Assembly (NCBI RefSeq): GCF_963921235.1
Contig: NC_086118.1
Span: forward strand, 20,090,001-20,154,000
Direction: 5' to 3'
DNA: 64,000 nucleotides
From: Mobula hypostoma
Taxonomy: Eukaryota
The notes under the pieces are model-generated. The model did not search any database. It worked only from the letters and a program-made list of their open reading frames with translations, and was not told where the DNA came from. The position numbers and the translations under genes are program-made. This document shows, in pieces, positions 38,585 to 51,849 of the stretch. Every line of letters starts with the position of its first letter. Within the stretch, counting starts at the first letter, position 1.

Positions 38585-39230
38585 GAGTTCTGAGTCATGT
38601 CTGTCCCACTCTGCTGTCCTACATCTAGAACAAAGTCGGAGATTTCTTCTCACTCCACCAGCACTACATTCAACTGATCAGCTGCTGTAATTTCAACACC
38701 TTCAACATGCTGCCAGCACACAACAGATCTTCGCCTTTACAAGCACTCTAAAAGAACATTTCCTTTTGTGACTGCCTACTTCCTTCTTCCACCCCTACCA
38801 ATGCCTAATTTATTTTGAATAGTGTCCTCCTATGCAAAGATATAAGATAAAAATGCAACATCTGACCTTTTACATCAGACCCTCCCACCATCGAAACATA
38901 AGATCCAAATGAAGCCATTTCTTGATACATTTTCCATTTTATAGCATGACATTTTGAGCTCACAATGTGGTCTCCTCTACAACGGAAAACCCAAAGCTAT
39001 ACTAGTGTACCTAGTGTGACAGTGTTGCCCAGTGCCTCATCTTGCTTCTCGTGGATGATCCTGATATCCTTGGCTGTCTTTAATTCTGCATCCACCTCTC
39101 AGCTCTTGGTCTTCACTCCATTACACTGATACAGCATAAACCTTGTGAATCTTATCCTCCAGCTAGGCACTAGATGACTATATGAGTCTTAGGACTCAAC
39201 AATGAATTCAACAATGTCAGGTTAACAGCC
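38585..39230 (+). mobile_element. Highly decayed Penelope-like fragment
   Basis: caatgtggtctcctctac (CGLLY) and downstream similarity to 54560-55160. Confidence 0.5.
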
Positions 39231-39574
39231 TTTCCAGGTCAAGACTGGCCAGTTATCAAATATTACGAATCTCTCCGCAAAAGTTGTTTGAACCTGCGGA
39301 GTAGTTCCATCTTCTGTTTTTCAGTTTTGCTGCTCACCACCCCAACATGGTTTTTTTCTTTCATCCCCCCCCACCCCACCGCCCCATTTTCATTCACCAC
39401 CTTCAAGTTTCAGATCCTGCAAACAGAATGGTTGCAATTAAAAAATCATCTCAGCCCTCATTCAGTCAGCACCATCATGACTTGTGTCATACAGCCTCTC
39501 TTTGTCTCCATCTATTACTAAAGTTCACTTTGTCCTCTCCAGCTCTCTCCCTTCTCTGCAACTTAATACGTTTA

Positions 39575-40135
39575 TTGGTCTGACCATATTTGGAGTACTG
39601 CGAACAGTTTGGGGCCCCTTATCTAAGAAGGGATATGCTGGCATTGGAGAGGGTCCAGAGGAGGTTCAAGAGATTTATCCCAGGAATAGAAAGCTTGGCA
39701 GATATGGAGTGCCTGATTGCTCTGGACCTGTACTTGCTGGAGTTTAGAAGAATGGGAGAAGCTCACTGAAACCTACTGAATATTGAAAGGCCTAGATAGA
39801 GTGGACATGGAGGTGATGTTTCAAATTGTGGAAGAGTCTAGGACCAGAGGACACAGCTTCAGAATACAAGGATGTCTCTCTAGGAAAGAGGTGAAGAGAA
39901 ATGTACTTAGTCAAAGGGTGGTGAATCCGTGGAATTAATTGTCACAGATGGCTTGGAGGCCAGCCATTGGGTATATTTAAAGCAGAGGTTGATAGGTTCT
40001 TGAATAGTAAGGATGTCAAAGGTTACTGAAGAATGGGGATGAAAGGGAAAATAAATCAGCCATGATCAGCTCAATAGGACAAATGACCTGTTCTAGCTCC
40101 AATGGCCTGATTTGGCTCCTGGGTCTTATGGTATA
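39575..40135 (+). mobile_element. CR1 3' fragment
   Basis: LEYCEQFG, LERVQRRF and RTRGHS motifs, followed by 3' UTR. Confidence 0.85.
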
Positions 40136-40789
40136 TATGTGCTCAGTTATACAGTTGTAATAAAAGACATTTGATCTGAAACAATAACTCTGCTTTTGCC
40201 TCCTCAGATGCAGTCTGACCATCTGAGTATCTCCAGCATTTTCTGTTTTTATATTATGCATACGAAACTTTTCAAGTTTTTGAGACTTCAGATGCACACT
40301 GAAATAGTTGTAATGTTGTTCAGGCTGATAGATAAAGTGCATCATGGTGGGACTTGCGGAGAGGAGGAGTGAGAACGGGAGCTGGTTGCCATTGCAACAA
40401 ATCATTAAAACAAAATATTTATTTTTTTACTCACTATTAGAGCATTGAAACTTGAAAGTAAAGATCTAGGAACAGGTTTCTGCTTACTGGGAAAATGATA
40501 AAAATTTCATTCATAGGGCACCAATTAAAACCACAGATATGTGTGATCTCATGCCCAGTTTCTTACTGCCTGAGCAATCAGTATTTCAGAAACTAATCTG
40601 TTAATAAGCTGACTTTTTTCTAACACTTGGTATCTTTCTCAGTTTATATGAAGGATGAATGTTGGGGATATGTAACCTATCCCTAATAATGTGGATTCTG
40701 TGAAATTTATCACTATACAATGTGGCAGTACACTCTCACCTGAAGTCTATACAGACTAAAAACAGTAAAGACGTTCATCCAAAGAGTAT

Positions 40790-41595
40790 AGATGAAATGA
40801 TATGATGTGGGGACTGTACATACTGGCATCTTAGGGTATTAAAGACTGGAGATCATAAGGTGTAAAAATTGCACAGAGTGTAATGTTTGGTAATTGAATG
40901 GATTGAAGGCCAAAATGAAATTCTGGTAGGACATACAAAGAAAATAGTAGGGACCTTAAAAGCATTCATGTACAGAAAGTAATTCATTGAAAGAAGAAAC
41001 ACAAGTGGATAGGGTGGTAAAGAATGCATTTAGTATTCTTGCCTTCTTAAGCTGGGGCATTGAGAATAAAAGTTGGTCATAATGCAGCTGTAAAACAATG
41101 GTTAGACCGCATTTGGAGTACACTGCTCGACTTTGGTCACCACAGTAAAAGAAGTATGTAGCAGCAGTAGATAAAGTGGAGAAGAGATTCACCAGGATGT
41201 TGGCTGGAAAGGGAGGCTTTAGGAGAGATTGGATAGGATAGGTTTATTCTCACTGGAACATAAGAGGCAAAGGGATGACCTTAGAGGTTTATAAGATTAT
41301 GAGGACCCACAGTAAGGAAGACTAGAACTAAAGGGCACAGGTTTACAGTGATAGGAGAGAAAGCTTGATGGGAAGTTTTTCTCTCAGAGGGTGGAGAGAA
41401 ATCAGAATAAATAGCCAGGACATAATAGGGGTAAAAACATATAAGATGTTTCAATGGCATTTTGACAAGTGCTTGGGAAGGCACAGAGTGACAGAAGCCT
41501 ATTGCAAGCAAATAGAATTGACATCGATCGGCATTAGTCTGCATGGATGAGGTGAGCTGAAATTGTCCTTTTCTGAGCTGTATCGTTTTTCTATG
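40790..41595 (+). mobile_element. Decayed CR1 3' fragment
   Basis: QVDRVVK, VRPHLEY and KRFTRML remnants. 5' boundary uncertain. Confidence 0.7.
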
Positions 41596-44049
41596 AAAAT
41601 GAACGGAACTGGAAACCATACAGACAATATAAAATAGGTATCAAAGTCAATGCAGAGTCAACAGGAAGCAAAGGAATAAAGACTAGACCAGGTAATTTGG
41701 GATGATCAGATGTAAGTACCAAATGGGTTGACAACAATACCGGGAACAAGAACAGGAGACAACAAGGACCTGGAAACCTCACAAACTGTTTGAGTTCGAG
41801 TATGAAGACTGGCAGACATGCTATAACTTGATGGAATGGAGTAAATACTGACACAGAGACTGGAGTCTGCTTCCACTCATTCTCCTAGGTTCTCTGCCTT
41901 CCACAAGCAGATGTATTTGTGGGGATCACTTCACAAAGAATAGGTTGACAAGTTGGCTAGAAATTCTGATCTTCCTGCTTCAGGCTAAAATGATGTTAGT
42001 GACCTGAGAAATGGCTTTCCCTTTAACCACAACCTGCTGGCATTCTGAATCCAAGAACAAAGCTAAAGCACCAATGCTGGAGAAAAAAAAAACAGACAGT
42101 ACCTTAAATTAGCATTGGATAGTGGAGGACAATGTGCTAGAACTTTGAAGATTAGAATAATAACTTCTGACATTTTGCAAAACTGGGTGGAGAAAACTGA
42201 CGTGGAATTTTGAGGTTACGTACATTCCGTAACACAAAGGCCTTTATCAGTCATAATTTAAATATTGGTTGCTGTACAGCTACCAGGAGCCAGATTTGGT
42301 GCTATATAAAATAATATTTGGTTGAATCTAGCCCTGCGGTCATGTAAACCTTTGACATATCTGCTGACTCCAACCAACATTGAGGTTAATCCCATTGCTG
42401 TCCCATGGACTGCACAGTGCCACTGAAGCCATACAAGCTTCAAAACTAGGGACTATCTTGATGATTTTTGATTAAAGTGTGTCAATAGAAACTTATTTCA
42501 CCATTTCAAAACAATTAACCCAGTTAAAATTGACTGAAATAATTGAAAATCTCTTTTTTAAACGATACTAAGATAATAAATTTAAGAACATAGTTTAAAT
42601 ACAAAAGCACAGGGAAGTAAATATAATCTGAAAACTTTACCAAACGTACAGTATCTTTGAGGTTTAACAACCCCATTCAAATGAGCTATTTCTGGGGTAA
42701 AGCTGAGTAACCATATGGTAAAAGCCAACTATATCAGGCCCCTCTGATCAGTAAGTTGTGGATTGCGAAAGATCAATTGTTTGATATATCTCTATCACCC
42801 CTCCGGTGTGTTCTGTGCTTTTAGGCCACGGTACACATGTGCTGACATCTGGAAGATGTTATTGTGTGCAATGCAGTGAGCTGCAGCATTCTGAAGAACC
42901 GTCAGCTAGAAATCAGTGCAAACTGGCCTTTTGTTTTATATTCTGCTGAACTTTTACTTTTTGCTTTGAGATATTTTTCATTCCAGCAGGGGTTCCTCTT
43001 CTCCTCATCAGTCCCTTACCAGGCTCCTTGACATTCCTGTGTCTCTGGCAGTCTTTGGACTTGCTTCTGTGTTGCTAAGGAAGAAGAAATGGAGAAATTT
43101 ATTTTTCTCAACAGCAAGCCCTAGTTTTCTCAAACATATCCAAACATCATTAATAAATAAAAATACCTTATTTAAAGGTCCTGCAGGGTCAAAGCTTATC
43201 CTTTATGGTCGGTGTTGTACGAACAGTTTGGGTCTACATGACTAAAGGGTTACTTTGTCAGCTCAGACCTTCTCAGGAATTACAGCACTGAAATCAAGCA
43301 GCGGCTGTTTCTTTCTGAGAGTGTACACAATAAAGCCATCTTTTCAAACCTCTTGCCAATGTTCTAAAGGTGTTGCACTTATGACATCAAGAGAGCTTCT
43401 TTGATGCAGCAGATGTATCATGATCAGAAACCTCCAGTCCATTAACTGGATTGCAGCAATTTGGTGTGGAAATTATTTAGCCCACTTTACACTTTTTTTA
43501 AGAAAACTTAATACAAGAGCTAAAATAGCACAATGCTTCCAAATCTCTAGACCCCTGGTTGTGGTCTCATTTCACTGCATCTACCCTGTTAAGCCCGCTC
43601 AGATTATTATAGGTTTCAACACTCATTCTCCCAGACTCACAAGTTTGTTCCACATACCCTGGTAGCCCCATGCTGATGACACCTTTTGCCACTATGTCAA
43701 TATTAATAACAATCAAGATTTACCAAAATCTACTTTCACTTTTTAAAATGTAATTTATTAAAAGTTAAACTTCAGTTTACACTCAGACAATATCTAGCAG
43801 ACAATAGAGTAAAAATATCTGGCAGAAAACCAGTAAAAGTTGGAAACGTACAAACAGTAAGTGAAAAATTGTGTTAATGACATTTGGAATGCAACCTTAC
43901 TCGGACTGAAATTACGAACAAGTTTAAATTTTCTTTCATATCTGTGTCATGGAGATTCAGTTAAATTTCTCTTCATGGAGTATTTTCCACTGCCTCAGCT
44001 CTTCACAAGGCTTTTTCCTCTTCCAACATTTTTCTTTTGACAAGCAAAA

Positions 44050-44620
44050 TACTGATGCAGGAAAACTAAAATAAAATCAGAAAATGCTGGAGCTACTCAG
44101 CATCCTTGGTGACAGAAACAGAGCGAACATATCAAGTCAATGCTTGTTTTTTTTTATCCAGAACTGGCTTGGAGCTGAGACAACAAAGAAAGTTTGTGAA
44201 ACAATAGCAAATGAGATTGTCTCTGTTAACACAAATGGTGTCCATGCCATATAAGGCAATGAGTGCTTATTAAATACAGCTGATCTGTCTGGGCAGTGTA
44301 ATTGGAGGGAGAAGATCAAGCAGATCAGTTAGTATCTCAAGAGAGATGAGCTGGGTTTATGTTATGTCAAAGCTGGTCAATTCTGACAACCTGGAAAGAC
44401 TGCCATCTTAGGTTATTCAATTTAGTACTGAATTCCAAGAGCTGCTCTGTCTCTAGGCAGAAGATGAGTGGTTGTTCCTTGAGCAAATGTTGGGACTCCT
44501 TGAAAGAAGCCAGAATTGAATGGAATGAAGCACAGAGAGAGGCAACTGGAAGCATTTGGTTTCTCTATCACAATGCCATATTGTGAGCACTGAATGCAGC
44601 ACACTAGATTAGAAGCAAAG
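44050..44620 (-). mobile_element. Decayed Penelope-derived element
   Basis: gaaaatgctggagctactcagc end motif and similarity to the Penelope pLTR region. Confidence 0.45.
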
Positions 44621-45280
44621 GTTCTTTCTAACTCTTCTGTTCCTTATTATAACTACCAGGGATTGGTTAGTGATTAGTGTCAGTTACAAGCACATAAGAA
44701 TCATGGCTACACTTCCTTATACTGTTTCCTGGAAAGATTATATTCCACTTTCATAGTTTCTCCAGCTCAGTTACATCTGATAATAATGCTTTCATTGCCA
44801 ATGCTTTAGAGATTTATGAATCACTGCTCCTTCGGAATGGTTTTGGTATCAGGATATTGGGAAAGGTCAAAAGGACAGTTGTTACATCTCCTGCAATTGC
44901 AGGGGAAATTATCATTAGCCACAGAGTGATTGTTGCAAACTCATCCTACAAAATGTTGAAAATGTGGGGGTGGGAGGGGTGAATCCTGAAACTGGTATAA
45001 ATTGTAAAGAATAATTTGTTGAATGTAGAAGCTGTTGGAGTAGATATGAGAGCCAGGGAAACAACTCTTCCTTGATCCAAGGATGCTGTCTAATCTCCTG
45101 AGGGTCTCCAGCATTTTCTGATTTTAGTTTTCTTATATCAGTCTTTTTCAGCAGGAAATATTGGAAGAGAAACGTCTTGTGAAAGGCTGAGGCAGCAGAA
45201 AGGGGCTGGACCATAGGTAAAGGAAAGAGCTGAGATTTATTAACTATGTCCATTGATCAGAATCAGAATCAGGTTTACTA

Positions 45281-45600
45281 TTTTATTTTTGTATTTTATT
45301 TGTTTAGCAAAAGAGCATGGAGCAGGTCCTTCCAGTCCCTTGACCACGCTGCCCAGCAACCCCTGACAAACCCAATTAACCCTAACATAATCATGGGACA
45401 ATATACAGTGACCATTTAATCTACCTGGTTCGTCTTTGAACTGTGGGAGAAAACCGGAGGACCCAGAAAAAGTCCACACATTCAAGAAGGAGAACCTGCA
45501 GAGAGTCCTCAAGAATGGCTCCAGAATTGAACTCTGTGCTCTAGAATGCCCTGAGCTGTAATAATGCCGCACTAACTGTTACGCTATTGTAGCGCCCTGG
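45281..45600 (-). mobile_element. tRNA-derived HE1/V-SINE-like element
   Basis: Minus-strand gagttcaattc B-box, central ggttttctcccacagttcaaagacg, A-rich tail. Related to 4920-5186. Confidence 0.75.
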
Positions 45601-45975
45601 TATCACTGAGATACGTCGCAAATTTCTTTTTGCAGCTGTGCAGTGCAATGCAGAAAATTATGATAAGCTACAATAAGAAATATAAAAACTAAATAAATAA
45701 TGCAAAGAGGGAGTAAAATAGTGAGGTAATTTTCATGGGTTCATGGACCGTAACGTTGATTGTGTGTGTTCCAGCTCCTGTCCCTCCACCCTGAGGAGAA
45801 GAGGGCATAACCTGGATGCTGGGAGTCTTAATAATGGGTGCTGCCTTCCTGAGGCATCGCTGCTTGAAGATCTATTCAATGGTGGTGGGCATGGTGTCCA
45901 CGGTGAAGCTGGTTGAGCCTACAAACCTCTGCCGCTCTTTTTTGATCCTGTGCACTGGAGCCGCCATACCTGGGA

Positions 45976-46568
45976 GTTCAAAGTTCAAACTACATTTCAT
46001 TTGCATGTACACATACATTATCAAAGTATGTATCTATGCAATCTTGAGATTTGTCTCCTTACAGGCAGGCACGAAACAAAGAAAACCAAAAGAACCCATT
46101 AATAAAAGAAGACGGTCAAACATCCAAAGTGCAGGAAAAAACAAATTGTGCAAACAATAAAAGTAAGCAAATAACATTCAGAATTGAAGTTCACTAAAGT
46201 GAGTCCACAGCCATGGAGCCAGTCATCACTCCAGCTGAACCAAGAGCCATTAACCATAGGCTGCAGCCTCAGTTCAGCAAGCACGAGTAAACCTAGCGAA
46301 GCAGCGAGCTGAGCACCGGCCTATCCCTCTCCTCCGGGCACGACACCCTGACCTTTTCCGTCTGGCCTGGCACGTAAATCGGCCATAACTATGGGTTGTT
46401 CCTCACTCTCGAGCCTGGGCCTCGCCACCTCAATTTGACCCATACCCGACCTTTTCAATCTGGCCCAATGCTTAAATCATCCAAATAGCAGGTCGTTCCT
46501 CATTCTCGGGCCCAGGCCTGGGGCCCACCACTTTGACTCTGCCTCGCCTTGCCTCAATTCTACTGCCT
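45976..46568 (-). mobile_element. Non-autonomous retroposon with (TTTGAAC)n tail
   Basis: Interrupts the Rex-like ORF. Tail region resembles 170-250. Confidence 0.5.
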
Positions 46569-47869
46569 CAGGTGATGTAAGAAGACAGAATGCTCTCCAC
46601 AATACATTTGTAGAAATTTGCAAGAGCATATGCTGACATAGCAAATCTCCTTAAACTCATAATGAAACCAGTGGTGTGCCTTCTTTGCGAATGCATCAAT
46701 ATTTTGGGGTCAGGCTAAATCCTCTGAGATGTGTTCCCCCAGAAACTTGAAGCTGCTTAACTTTTCCACGGCTGACCCCTTGATGAGGACCTGGGTGTGT
46801 TCTCCCGATTTCCCTTCCCGCAATCTGACAGACCAACAGAAGATTTGTTTGAAAGTTAAACAGATTTAGGCTTTGATTTCCTTCGATATAATGGCATTCT
46901 TTGGATAAACCTGTTCTGATGTTACCCTCATTGAAAATCATTAACATGTTTTCTAGGGGAGATTTCAATTCCTGACAGAAAATATCTTGGGTCTGTGCAA
47001 GAGAAGAAGATAAAATTACTGCCTGAAGAACCTTCTTAATTTCTTAAATCTGCACACAGAGCAAAAAGGACATGAGCACTCAACAGTCAAGTTTGCTGGA
47101 AAATCGGAGCTGAAGGATAGGAAGACGGTTGAATTAAAAAGAAGGGAAAGAGGGAATTTAAGGATTCAGCAAGCATCTCTTACTTAAAAGGAAAGTTATT
47201 AAATAATGACCAACTCAAATTACCCAATACATCATTCCATTAATTAGCTGTGCAGTTAGTCCTCCAAGGATGAAGAAATATGTTCGAAAGAAAAACAAAG
47301 TTCTAAAAATCCGAAGGTCTTGCAATCTGCTTCAAAGTAAAAGTTGGTTAAACTTTTGACTAGTATGACAATAGGCTATATTAAAATAGATGTCCTTTGA
47401 ATATCAGCTTGACTCCTGCTGGAAGCACAGATGCCTTAGCAAGCAGTATGTAGACAAACACTATTTTGGCTACAGATTCCTATAGTCTACTGAAAGGTGA
47501 CAATCCAAATTTAGTAACTAGTATTTTGAACATTAAACCCACTAGAGAGCATTGAAATTTTTCAGTCAAAGTTAGTATCTAATAATGCCACAAACAACAC
47601 CCCCCTAATTATTACTGAATTAGTGTGCATGGACGTTAATACATAAAACAGAGGAATTAGCAGCCATAGCAGCAATCTTTGCTACAGCTTTAAACAATTT
47701 AAGTTCTTCGGTGGATTTCTGTGATTCTTTTATCCCACCAATATCAGCCAATGTTAGTTCAATTGATGAAGAAACTCTTCTATAATTTTTACATTATATA
47801 AGCTATACACATCATGCAGTTCTTGTTCGGATATATCTGGTCCAAGTTATTAGTCAGGACTTAGTCCTA

Positions 47870-48170
47870 GCATACTAGTTGGCAGTGAGTAAGATGTTGA
47901 TTCAAATCCAGATTAGTACAAAGTCACGGTTACCACTTCAAAGCAGTACTGGTGAACTGCTGGGAAAATCTTGCAGCCAATTTATTCGAAATCCAACATC
48001 ATTAAGAAGGAAATGATCTGGTCATCGTCCTCTCGCTGTTTGAGGGAACGTGCTGCACACGATGTAAGCTGTACTTCCCATGATTATATTCATTAACCAT
48101 TTCTAGAGCTTTAAATAGTTTTGCGAAATCTTGAGATTATGAAAGATGTTAACTAAAAATAAATCTTTTT
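47870..48170 (+). mobile_element. Deu-domain SINE (SacSINE1/AmnSINE-like), internally deleted
   Basis: gcagtactg...tgctg, atctggtcat...gctgtttg.ggga and a 3' tail like that of the 51850 copy. Confidence 0.55.
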
Positions 48171-49811
48171 CACTGAATTCAGTCGCACAATTAGCTTCCA
48201 CCGCTTACTAGGATGACAAATATTCTGGAAAATACAGAACTCCAATTACCTATCTGTGTTATCTCAAAATCCTTCTGAAAGTTTGTTTTGATTATTTCGT
48301 TCCTCATTTGAGCCATGAGTGATGTCCTAATGGATCCCTGTGTGATAAGAAGTTAAAGAATACATTTAATGTTACACAATGTAGATAGTACCCCCTGAGG
48401 CTTCATTACATGCTCTTGCTCCACCGGATACAAACACACACAAGATACACCAGAATCTACCCTGCACTATGCTGGGATAAACTTGCCATTGGTATTCAAA
48501 CAGAACTTGCCAGTCTCACTGGAATAGGTCATTTGTTAATGCAGCTTGCAGTTAGCTTCTCTGAAAAGCTCCAGGTTCTTTAATCTTAATGGCTTAGAAA
48601 TTGCCTTGTGTGCAAAATTTAGTTTTTGATCAGACTTCAAATTGAAATTAGAACCCGACACACTCACTTCTTCTTTCTGGACATGCTGCCTGACTTATTG
48701 AATGTTTCTGATATGTTCTGTTTATTTCAGATTTCCAGCACCTGTCTCCTTTGAAGTCTGTCACCAAAATTTTGGATATTGACAATTTTAAAGTACATAT
48801 TCCCAGGTATATTGTTATCTAGGAACACACACAATTACAATCTCCCAGATACTCACAGGAAAATGGTAAAGCACATCTATTGTTTGGTACCTTGTCAAAC
48901 CAAATTATTACTTTATCACTAGTTAGTTAACAAAGCATTGTAGGATTAAGAATGCCAGCAGTTACTTATATCATACTGATTCATATTTGATATTCCCTCT
49001 GTTTTGAGGAAAGAAACACAAATCCTTAAGATATTAAGATTGTTTTCCATCAGCAAACCATCGCTGCCACAACAAACACTAGGCCACCTATTTCAGATCA
49101 TAAGAGAGCAGGTTTGCTACTTCAGAAAACTACCTCTCCCAATCCACCACACCCCCTCCCCATGAATAGGAGTGAGCTTAGAAAGAATCGCTGAAAACTG
49201 ATAAAGTTATGCATTAACATGAAAAGGAAAGAGTTACTCCTGGTTTAGAAGGGCACATTCAATTAACATCAGATAATAAGATTTCTATACCATGATTTAT
49301 TATAAATGTGTATGTTGTTCTTAACCCACAGAGCAAACTAAATGGCACCATGTAAAAAAGTAAAATTAAATTACCCCAATAACTAAAGTTCTCAGATCCC
49401 AGCTCTACAGTGAAATTTATTTTATATTAAAATTTGACTTTTCTAAGTATAAAGTTGGTTAAAAGTCAAGAAATAAATGAGGCTTTGTTAGAAATCCATT
49501 AATTCTAGCTAGTTTATTAAACAACAATGCTTTAAGTGTTGAGACTGCTTAGAGGGAAGAAAACAGTGCCATAAATCTTGCCTCTCAGCCTCTGAAAGGG
49601 CCAAAATAGAATCTGCATTCTGATACTGTTCCTCACCCAAAATGATTCTAAACCTGTTGCTCAACATTAAGTCAGCCATTCGTTTTCCCAGAGATCACAG
49701 CAAAGTGAAAAATGAAAGACTAAAATGTCATTTTCAAGTAAATTAATTCAGATTTAACAAAGATAGATCTCATGATTTTAAGATACACAGTTAGTAGAGT
49801 TACTAGGACTT

Positions 49812-49992
49812 GATGTTTCAACCCCTATGGTAAGTCGGCACTCTCGACGTTGGCAGTGGGCTTGGAGTGGTGACAAGGAGGGAGGGTAGGTACGTCATCA
49901 GGGTCATCAGGTGGGCACCCTCCTTCTTTGACGTTTCGCTGATAAGCCCACGACGTCTCCAGAGGGCTCAACGGTGCTACCTCATTGAAATC
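49812..49992 (+). other. GC/CpG-rich imperfect rod-like hairpin, candidate structured RNA of unknown identity
   Basis: Nested complementary helices, including caaggagggagggt/accctccttctttg (14 bp, 2 G-U), gtgggctt/aagcccac, gacgtt/gacgtc, ctct/agag and tttcaa/ttgaaa. Confidence 0.5.
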
Positions 49993-50408
49993 AGACAGAA
50001 CTTGAGCAAAATTAAATTCCAATCAAGTATTTAGCCCACCCTACAGACAATAGCACTCAGATTGTGGCATCAATTTCATCCTAATGATAAAATACATTCC
50101 TCTACTCATATGTCATCATGGCCATGTACAGTATACACTGAAGAGTAGGCAACTGCATTTATTGTTCGTTCAATCCTGATTTGATATCAATATCATAATA
50201 CAATCATTGCTCACATATCCTTTAATTTGGTTGTTATATGCAGCAGAATTATAGGAGTTGACAAGAATATTACAAATACTGAAATAATTTCTGTTTTTTT
50301 TCCACGCAACATAGGAAATATCAAATATGAGTCATTATGATATAATTAACTGCTACCATTCCTAATCCTACAATGGTTTGTTAACCAACTAGTGATAAAC
50401 AGGCTCAT

Positions 50409-51705
50409 CAAATTACAGGGGCAGTATTCATTGACTTAACAGCAGCATAGGACACTGTGAATCACAGAGGCCTTCGACTGAAATTATGTAAAATGTTAAA
50501 GAACGAAACCACAGTCAAAGTAATAAGAAGTCTCCTAGAAAATTGCAGATTTTATGTAGAAATGAATGGAATTAAGAGTAGGTGGCATCCACAAAAGAAC
50601 GGACTACCACAGGGATCAGCCCTGGCACCTCTACTATTTAATGTTTACACAAACGACCAACCAACCTTTCCTAACACACGCAGGTTTATCTATACATAGC
50701 AACACAAGCTAACTCCTTCCAAGAAGTTGAAGTACGACTTACAACAGTACTTGAAGCAATGAAGCAGTATTATGAAAAATGGTCTCTGAACCCAAATCCA
50801 TCAAGAACTCAAGTGTGTGCATTCCACCTGAGGAATCGGGAAGCAGCTCAGAAACTCAAGATCTTCTGGTGTGGGAAGGAGCTCAAACACCATCCGACTC
50901 CAATTTACCTGGGCATGACACTGGATAGGACGCTCTCATTTGCCGCCTGCATCCAAAAACTCCGACAGAAAGTTGGCTCTCGCAATTCTCTCTTGAAAAA
51001 ATTAGCAGGCATGAAATGGGGAGCTGATGCTCGCACACTTAGATCAACTGCCCTAGCACTCTGCTATGCACCTGCAGAATACTGTGCACCTGTGTGGGGC
51101 AGATTAGCCCATGCGAAGAAAATAGACCCGTTGCTTAACGAAGCCAGTCGAATAATCACGGGCACACTGCGCCCCACACCCACTAACATCATTTACAGAC
51201 TGGCAGGCATTGCTCCCCCCAGAGATCCAAACACACACTAGAACAAAAACTGAAAAAGATAAACAGAACTCACTACATCACCATGTGCCAGTTTCCAACC
51301 ACCTAAAATCGAGGAAAAGCTTTGCTACAGTGGAGGAACTACCACACGGAACATCTCCCCAAACATACAGGATTGACCTCTGGCAACAAACAGAAGCCAG
51401 AACCCCACCAAACAATACAGTGCAAGACCCCACAGAAATGTTGCCAGACGGGGCACTGCTTGACAGACGGAAGTGGTGCATTCTCAGCAGAGCAAGAGCG
51501 GGAGTTCGTAGGACGGGAGACAATATGATGAAGTGGGGTTTAAAGACCAGCAAATCCTGTGAGTGTGGCGAAAGGGTGAGAACATTGAACACGTTCTGCG
51601 CAACTGCCCACTCTCACCTGATTTAGCTGACACTGACCTGCTCAACATCAACCAAACAACACTAGGGTGGCTGGCTGTCTGCTGTGACAAGCTATGATGA
51701 TGATG
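50409..51705 (+). mobile_element. 5'-truncated Vingi/Ingi-clade LINE
   Basis: FIDLTAA*DTV, GLPQGSALAP, LCYAPAEYCAPVW and CECGE zinc knuckle. No RNase H. (TGA)n tail. TSD aa(c/t)aggctcat at 50398-50408 / 51706-51716. Confidence 0.85.
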
Positions 51706-51849
51706 AATAGGCTCATAATTTATTCCTTAGCAAGATATTCTGGTGAAATAGAGTTTCCTATGCGAGAAGCACCTAAAGTAGAATAAAATCCCAACCTTAT
51801 TGGGTTTGACAAACAGTCTCTTTTGCTGTCACCTTGAGAAACATTGTTT

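Larger units (their letters stand above)
45255..46830 (-). mobile_element. Rex1/Babar-like LINE 3' fragment with two nested inserts
   Basis: SFKFLGEHISEDL and FYKCIVESILS on the minus strand; (GATTCT)n tail at ~45257. Confidence 0.7.

Noticed and set aside
49868..49935. SECIS element, canonical hammerhead, or 16S rRNA fragment within the hairpin
   Set aside because: There is a GUGA/UGA-like quartet but no apical AA motif. The hammerhead words lack the required stems. The rRNA resemblance is limited to a few short words.
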